Positions 45,746 to 51,521 of a stretch of 51,521 nucleotides of DNA are shown piece by piece. The stretch spans positions 597,027 to 648,547 of the forward strand of contig NW_004797432.1 of assembly GCF_000002075.1 (NCBI RefSeq), in the 5' to 3' direction. Position numbers and translations under genes: made by a program. Under the pieces are notes generated by a model. That model did not search any database and was not told where the DNA came from. It saw nothing but the letters and a program-made list of their open reading frames with translations. Origin of the DNA: Aplysia californica (taxonomy: Eukaryota). Every line of letters begins with the position of its first letter. The stretch's first letter is position 1.

Positions 45746-47090
45746 AATGACACATACACAAACCAAGGAAGGTGCACAAACCCATGAATGACATCAACCA
45801 TTAAAAATGATAATAGTAATAGTGTTTATATATTCGTAGTAATACGAATTCTCAATATTTTTTAAAAACTGATTTTTGCACTGGAGTGAAGGGCTGCGCA
45901 TCTTAGGCATATGGGACACAGCTGGCTGGAGAGGAAAAGATCGGCCAATACAGAATACAGGCAGAGAGCCCTTCTTGGAGGTCTGTACCCAACACAAAGA
46001 AGAGAGAAGTGAATGATGAAGGGCTACATTCCAGTAGTTGATCATCATCATTGCCTTTCTCACCCTGCATTGCAGATTATAGGCCATGAACAAACACTTT
46101 CCGCCTTTCTTTATCCTGGGATACCATCTTGATGTTATTCCATACGTCTTTCCACTTTTCTGTAAATCAATGTTTGTGATTCTTAGTAGTTGATGTTCTC
46201 CCATAAAAGATTGAAAAATCACAATTTATTGCTCACAGAAGCAGTTTTTCAGCCCTTGAATTTTGATGTATTGAAATTTAAAAGAGGACACTCTAAAAGT
46301 ATAAGCAATTGATTTCAGTGCACTCCACAAAGTACATTCCATGCCAAGGAGTATTTTTTTTTTTTTTTTTTAAAGTATCCAACGAAGTCCAGAAGATTTT
46401 GGCAAGGGCTGAAAGTGGGAAAGGGGACGTCTCTCTCTTTTTGCACCATTTGCACCACTGTCATTTATTACAGAGTAAAAGAAACTAAGCATTTACGAGA
46501 AAATACAGAAGCTTACGGGGATTCTGAACCATCAATCGATAACAAAAACCTGCTTGATATTTTATTTTGTGTAGATACATATCTGCATTTTCTCTATGCT
46601 CCCATCCTCAAACAGGACATTCAAATTTATGATATTGATAATGGCTGAAGCTAAAGTGGTTTTACTGGTTTTGTGATCCAAGCATCACTTTGTACTGAAA
46701 ATACACAAACAAAAAAGCCATTGCACAGAGCACTTACAAGAAAAAAAAATAAGGATCCCCACCCCCTCCCCCCCTCCCCCCAAAAAGGAACTAAAACATT
46801 GACAATGAATAGAGGATGCCCTTTTCCTCCAAGTGTTGCTGATTAACAGCATGCGGTGTCCAGGAAAATTATAAGATTTCACTCTACTGTGTGTGATAAT
46901 GCTTGACAACAGGAAAAGAAGAGTGTAAATAGGAAGCAGAGCTCATTTGTGAAGAAGTTGAAATGTTTGGCGATATTTTTTTTAATGGGATAAACGAACT
47001 GAAACAGCAACTCAAATTACCGCCAATTAAATTGGCTGCAACACTAAGAGAGTCGCATTGAACAATGGTAAACAGAAAAAAAGGATAAAA

Positions 47091-47190
47091 GAAGTGATAC
47101 AATGGGACAAGAAGTGATACAATGGGACAAGAAGTGATACAATGGGACAAGAAGTGATACAATGGGACAAGAAGTGATACAATGGGACAT
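47091..47190. repeat. 20-bp minisatellite, five copies (gaagtgatacaatgggacaa)
   Basis: Near-perfect tandem copies read directly. Confidence 0.95.
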
Positions 47191-47269
47191 AAGGGGACAT
47201 TTTCAGCTGACAAGAAACCCAATCCGAGATCTCTAAAACAGAAAAACTGTTAAGAATCACAAAACTCAC

Positions 47270-47461
47270 TGGATCTCTTTTCCATCTTGCCGTGCTGGTG
47301 GAAGCAGCTAACCTCATTCGTGCTGAAAGATCGCATGAAGTTGTTTTTGAGGTGACCCGCTCGTCCGTTCAGCAGCGATTCCATACCTTGCATGGAAGAC
47401 GACTGACTAGCGATAGGTGAGGGATCCCCAGAGCTCAGGCCAGAATCACGGCTTGCCTTGG
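47270..47461 (-). CDS. NEK10: NEK10 exon (AKASRDSGLSSGDPSPIAS...HQHGKMEKRS)
   Basis: ctcctcccAG acceptor and A|GTGAGT donor; 192 nt, phase 1-1; open frame throughout. Confidence 0.82.
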
Positions 47462-47504
47462 CTGGGAGGAGTAAATAATGATAAGGATGAGCTTTTTAAA
47501 TTAT

Positions 47505-47882
47505 TTTTTTGCTAAAGTAAAAATTTTAAAGCACTCTCAACACACACTGGTCATTAAGTGTCCAAGATAGATGTGTTATCAGCGAGTAACAATCAAAGAA
47601 AAGAAGGAGGTGAGATAAGGATGATAGATGTTTGACAGGAAAGAAGGAGCAGACCACGACAGAGAATCTTTCAACCACCCACCAAGGGTTCTTGCTGTAT
47701 CACTTATATGACTTTGAAGGTGGTGAAAGAATGAAAAGTCTAAAACAGTAACAAGGTAAAGGAAAACACTGACAATTGGTCATAATATATGCCCAAGATT
47801 AGATGTGTTACTAGTGAGTAACAGTCAAAGAAAAGGAGGGGAGATTTATAAGGATAATAGATGTTTGATAGGAAAGAAGAAC
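47505..47882 (-). mobile_element. Two tandem family A copies (about 47505-47682 and 47745-47882)
   Basis: Both carry gagataaggat.atagatgtttga.aggaaagaag (reverse complement of the family core). Confidence 0.8.
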
Positions 47883-47965
47883 ATTTTTATTTCCAAAATG
47901 ACCACTTTTCTTCTTGACAGAGGGTGGCTGTCTTTGACAATTTCGACTATTATTGGAAACATTAC

Positions 47966-48139
47966 CTGCGGCTGGTATCTCCACTGCCAGGTCTGAGAGA
48001 GTCATGTCAGGTTTTTTCACTGGCCGTGGGGGAGCCCGTCGTCTCAGGGGCACCGGTGGGACAGGCAGGGGGTGGGAGCGGAGGCTGCCCGCACTGCTCT
48101 CCCTACTCTCGCTGCCACTGCTTGGGTAACTGTCCTCAT
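47966..48139 (-). CDS. NEK10: NEK10 exon, S/P/R-rich (DEDSYPSSGSESRESSAGS...DLAVEIPAA)
   Basis: ctcacAG acceptor and G|GTAATG donor; 174 nt, phase 1-1; GC-rich. Confidence 0.85.
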
Positions 48140-48150
48140 CTGTGAGCACA

Positions 48151-48505
48151 GAGATACGCAACATAACAACAGCTTTAGCATTTGAGACCCACAACATAAT
48201 GACAGTTTTAGCATTTAAGGCACGCAACATAACAACAGCTTTAGCATTTGAGACCCACAACATAACGACAGTTTTAGCATTTAAGGCACGCAACATAACA
48301 ACAGCTTTGGCATTTAAGGCACGCAACATAACAACAGCTTTAGCATTTGAGGCACGCAACATAACAACAGTTTTTAGCATTTGAGATACGCAACATAACA
48401 TTTGAGATACGCAACATAACAATAGTTTTAGCATTTGAGGCACGCAGCATAACATCAGTTTTAGCATTTGAGACATGCAACATAACAACAGTTTTAGCTT
48501 TTGAA
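48151..48505. repeat. 33-bp minisatellite, about 11 copies (gaggcacgcaacataacaacagctttagcattt)
   Basis: Tandem copies read directly; they explain the 11-aa periodic ORFs on both strands. Confidence 0.95.
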
Positions 48506-48555
48506 ATAATAATCCTGAAAGTTGTGCTAGACAATATATAAATGTGTGAGTGTGA

Positions 48556-48556
<1 letters not shown>

Positions 48557-48634
<78 letters not shown>
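48557..48634. repeat. (TG)n microsatellite
   Basis: Direct reading. Confidence 0.95.
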
Positions 48635-48636
<2 letters not shown>

Positions 48637-48819
48637 TTTACTCAACAAAGACAAGTCAATCATGCATGATTCCTTTACTGTCAGTTTTTTTATGCAATTA
48701 ACTTTGATTTGATGTACGACATGACTATATTCCTACATGGCCGTATTGACAAGTAAAAATACCCTTTCCCTCACTGTTTCAAAGAAGTAATTTCTTTTTC
48801 TCAGCTGATGACCTTCAAC

Positions 48820-48945
48820 TTCATCTATCTACCTCATCTCTCCTCCTTGTCTTTGTACACTACTATCTAGTAACATCTCTACTCTTCGGCACTTACATGA
48901 CCTATTTGTTATTGTAAGTGCTGTAAAACTCATACTAAAACAAAC
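48820..48945 (+). mobile_element. Family A retroposon, 5'-truncated
   Basis: catctatc...tcttcggcacttacatgaccta...gtaagtgctgtaaaactcatactaaaac. Confidence 0.8.
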
Positions 48946-48964
48946 TGACACTTCATCCACTTAC

Positions 48965-49064
48965 CTGACACATCTCCCAGCCGGATTGAGCTCATCGACA
49001 CTGCCACGTTGGGACCCACTACGGAATCGCTGGGCTCTGCCGGAGAACCTGACACACTGCTCTC
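48965..49064 (-). CDS. NEK10: NEK10 exon, Ser-rich (ESSVSGSPAEPSDSVVGPNVAVSMSSIRLGDVS)
   Basis: acAG acceptor and G|GTAAGT donor; 100 nt, phase 0-1. Confidence 0.83.
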
Positions 49065-49116
49065 CTGTGTCACACAGAAGAAAACACACTCATAAGCAGT
49101 GTAAATGTAAGTGTAT

Positions 49117-49330
49117 GGATTTAACACCCCTTTCAACACTATTAGGTTATTTAAGAGGCAGGACCTCCGAATGTAATGTTTGTCTCTGACAGCATTAAAC
49201 CAAATGGCTTGACAGCCTTGAAAACTCCACAATACAACCCAAGTTCAAGAATTCCCAGTCCGGGATTCGAACCTGTTTCATCTGCTCTGTAGTTCAGCAT
49301 GAAGCCAACTCAGCTAACAGTGTGCCCATT
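49117..49330 (-). mobile_element. tRNA-derived SINE, family of 40349 (tail fragment also at about 49720-49760)
   Basis: Reverse complement has A box TAGCTGAGTTGG and B box GGTTCGAATCC; tcaacactattaggttatttaagaggcagga is shared. Confidence 0.82.
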
Positions 49331-50464
49331 CATAAGCAGCACAGATATACAGACATCCAGACACAGAAACCAGAAACAGAAGCAAGAACATTAGAAGTTC
49401 TAGAGTGACCCATACCTCAACTTTAATTTAACAAAAAAAGGAGTTTTTTAAACTTTAAAATATCCGGATATGACAAATTGTCAATGGCTGTTTTTGACTG
49501 CCTTCTTACATAATTGTCTCCCAAACTGTTATCTTTACAGAACAAAGAATCAAATAATGCTATTTCCAAAAGGAATTATGAAGAAAATCTTCCCATGAAA
49601 ATAAAAGAGCATAGACTATCTAAAGCAGAGGAGTGAAACTCAATCGCTTGGGAGGGTTCAATCAAATTACACTTAAAGTTACCGGATTAAGTGGATAAAC
49701 ACTCACTGAGCAGTGGAAAACTGAACCCCCTTTCAACACTATTAGAGGCAGGACCTCACAATGATATGAATTAAAGCAGATAAATAACAAATCAAGGCAC
49801 ATCAAGTTTTACTCTTTTAATATAGTGTAAAGCGCACAGAACATGATGTCAAGCCGGGATATGCGCTATACAAACGTTATTTATTAATATTATTATTGTT
49901 ATTATTATTATTACTACTGTTTTACCAGTTTGTCATGCATCTGGATGTTTGGCATATTTTCTTGGCAGACCTTGAGTTTGACACCTGTGATCTAATACCC
50001 AGTGCACACTGCCGATCCAATTTGGTCAAATTCGTTAAAATTGAGTTGGGGCCAGCAAAATTTTTCTTCATGGACTGAGGAAAACTACCATTGTGGCACA
50101 ATTTGAATGAATTCAATCATGACCTTCAAAAACAAACATGTTGATTTTCAAGGCCGCAAGTCGAACGATGGGATTGCATAGCATTTCGCGCAGAATGTAG
50201 TAATGAACAGTGTAGATTTGGAGAAGCCGATACTGATTGATCTAAAAAGTTACCAACATTTCAATACAACAACCGCGATAAAAAGTAGTCAACACTTGAA
50301 GCCGTGTTGGGAATGGTATGTTTTGAGTACTATAATAGCTCGCACCCATCAAAGATTTCTGCTGCTTGTCAACTTTGACTAATGAGGGAGGGATCTAATC
50401 TATTAGTAGTGTGCCACCAAAATTCGACCCTACACGACCCGGGCACTTGGTATAAGGTGATTAC

Positions 50465-50582
50465 CTTGAGTCCCTGAGACCCGCCACTGCCAGCCAGGTT
50501 GGTCAGTTGGTCGTAGCCCTCATGAGTCGTTGGGAACCGGTTGTGGTACTGCTGCATGCTCTGGTTGGTCTCAAGGAAGTGC
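50465..50582 (-). CDS. NEK10: NEK10 exon (HFLETNQSMQQYHNRFPTTHEGYDQLTNLAGSGGSQGLK)
   Basis: ttgcAG acceptor and AAG|GTAATC donor; 118 nt, phase 2-0. Confidence 0.9.
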
Positions 50583-50606
50583 CTGCAACACAGAGTTTTC
50601 AAAAAA

Positions 50607-50748
50607 TGGGTGGTTGGTGGGTGCTCTGGTGTGGTTCGCTTCTTCTTTTCCATCAAGCAACTATCTTTATCATCTCTCATCCTTCTTTTGTTTGTATGTT
50701 GCACTCTGGTAACACCATTAATCTTCGACACATATATGAATTGAGTTA
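50607..50748 (+). mobile_element. Family A retroposon, 3'-truncated
   Basis: tgggtggttggtgggtgctctggtgtggtt...taatcttcgacacatatatga. Confidence 0.82.
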
Positions 50749-50772
50749 TGAGGGAGTGTTTGCATGCTTTAC

Positions 50773-50924
50773 ATGTGTGTGAGTCTATGAGTGTGTCTAT
50801 GTGTGTGTGTCTATGTGTGAGTCTATGTGTGTCTATGTGTGAGTCTATGTGTGTGTGTCTATGTGTCCACATGAACATGTGTGAATGTGTGCAGATGTGT
50901 CTGCGTGTGTGTTACTGTGTATAT

Positions 50925-50955
<31 letters not shown>

Positions 50956-51052
50956 TGTGTTACTGTGTAAATGTGTGTGTGTGTGTGTTTGTTTGTGTCA
51001 GCATGTATGTGTTTATGTTTGTGTTACATGGTCTCTGTACATATATGTGTGT

Positions 51053-51107
<55 letters not shown>

Positions 51108-51172
51108 TGCATGCATGTATGTGAGAACACATGAGCATGTACACATGTGTACGTGTGTATATGTATGTGACT
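50773..51172. repeat. Compound (TG)n / gtctatgtgt low-complexity tract
   Basis: Direct reading. Confidence 0.9.
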
Positions 51173-51232
51173 GTGAATAAGTACAGTATGTGAGAGTGTT
51201 GGCATCCACACGCATGTAGGGTGGAGACTCAC

Positions 51233-51382
51233 TTTTGCGTGCGCTTGCGCTCCTTATCTAGTTTGCGTTCCAATGCTGTCTGTGTGATGCGCAGCGAGTC
51301 CATCTGTACAAGAAGCATGTTGGAAAGCTCACTGCTCAAGGCCAGGATGTCTGGACGGTGGTCAGGGGAGATTGTCAGGCAA
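51233..51382 (-). CDS. NEK10: NEK10 exon: end of kinase domain plus coiled coil (CLTISPDHRPDILALSSELSNMLLVQMDSLRITQTALERKLDKERKRTQK)
   Basis: tcctctAG acceptor and AA|GTGAGT donor; 150 nt, phase 2-2. Confidence 0.93.
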
Positions 51383-51521
51383 CTAGAGGACCACATTTGT
51401 GGATGGAATGCGAGGGGAGAGGAGGTGGGGAGTTGAGAGAGAGAGAGAGAGAATTAATTTAGTTTTGTTTAGTTTTGGAGGGGGAAAGGGGGTGAGAGAG
51501 AGAATTGATTTATTTTTGTTT

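Larger units (their letters stand above)
41038..51382 (-). other. NEK10: Coding span (5'-partial) of the NEK10 serine/threonine kinase gene
   Basis: Exons encode CLT...RPDI (kinase subdomain XI), LERKLDKERKRTQK, ISDPVQQMLHQLHKLIYITQLPP, RRIIEQYKRALFS, NLKNE and GITYEYMQTILEAALDECGYY. Each matches, in order, the recalled vertebrate NEK10 C-terminal half (ISDPIQQILIQLHKIIYITQLPP; GITYEQMQTVIEEVLEESGYY). Confidence 0.93.

Noticed and set aside
45794-46222. 142-aa ORF or extra NEK10 exon with an acceptor near 45982
   Set aside because: The required phase-1 entry hits TAA quickly, there is no good donor, and I see no NEK10-like motif.
47811-48488. 225-aa ORF with 11-aa repeats as a novel repeat protein
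   Set aside because: It is a stop-free 33-bp minisatellite read into a real NEK10 exon and then into a family A element; only 47966-48139 has splice and coding support.

Overview
This is eukaryotic (metazoan) genomic DNA, AT-rich, with (CA)n/(GA)n/(ATT)n microsatellites and five N gaps. A lophotrochozoan such as a mollusc is a low-confidence guess from repeat style. The window holds the 3' halves of two convergent multi-exon genes. On + is an RBMS1/2/3 / alan shepard (shep) family RNA-binding protein, from the RRM2 exon at 2348 to the stop at 21960-21962. It has a 3'UTR intron and a probable ~7 kb 3'UTR ending near 31.9 kb. On - is NEK10, from the end of the kinase domain at 51382 to the C-terminus at 41290 or 41038. 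All exons were reconstructed by hand with GT-AG boundaries and consistent phases; one NEK10 exon runs into an N gap. The shep/RBMS introns are nearly free of transposons and carry several candidate microexons and alternative terminal exons. Elsewhere there are tRNA-derived SINEs, MITEs (some nested) and a ~185-bp non-tRNA retroposon with target-site duplications. Eight of its 13 copies sit next to exons, and in two cases its (CTAAAA)n tail lies exactly at the branch-point position. Almost all ORFs in the supplied track are spurious. Protein identifications rest on recalled family sequences, not a database search.
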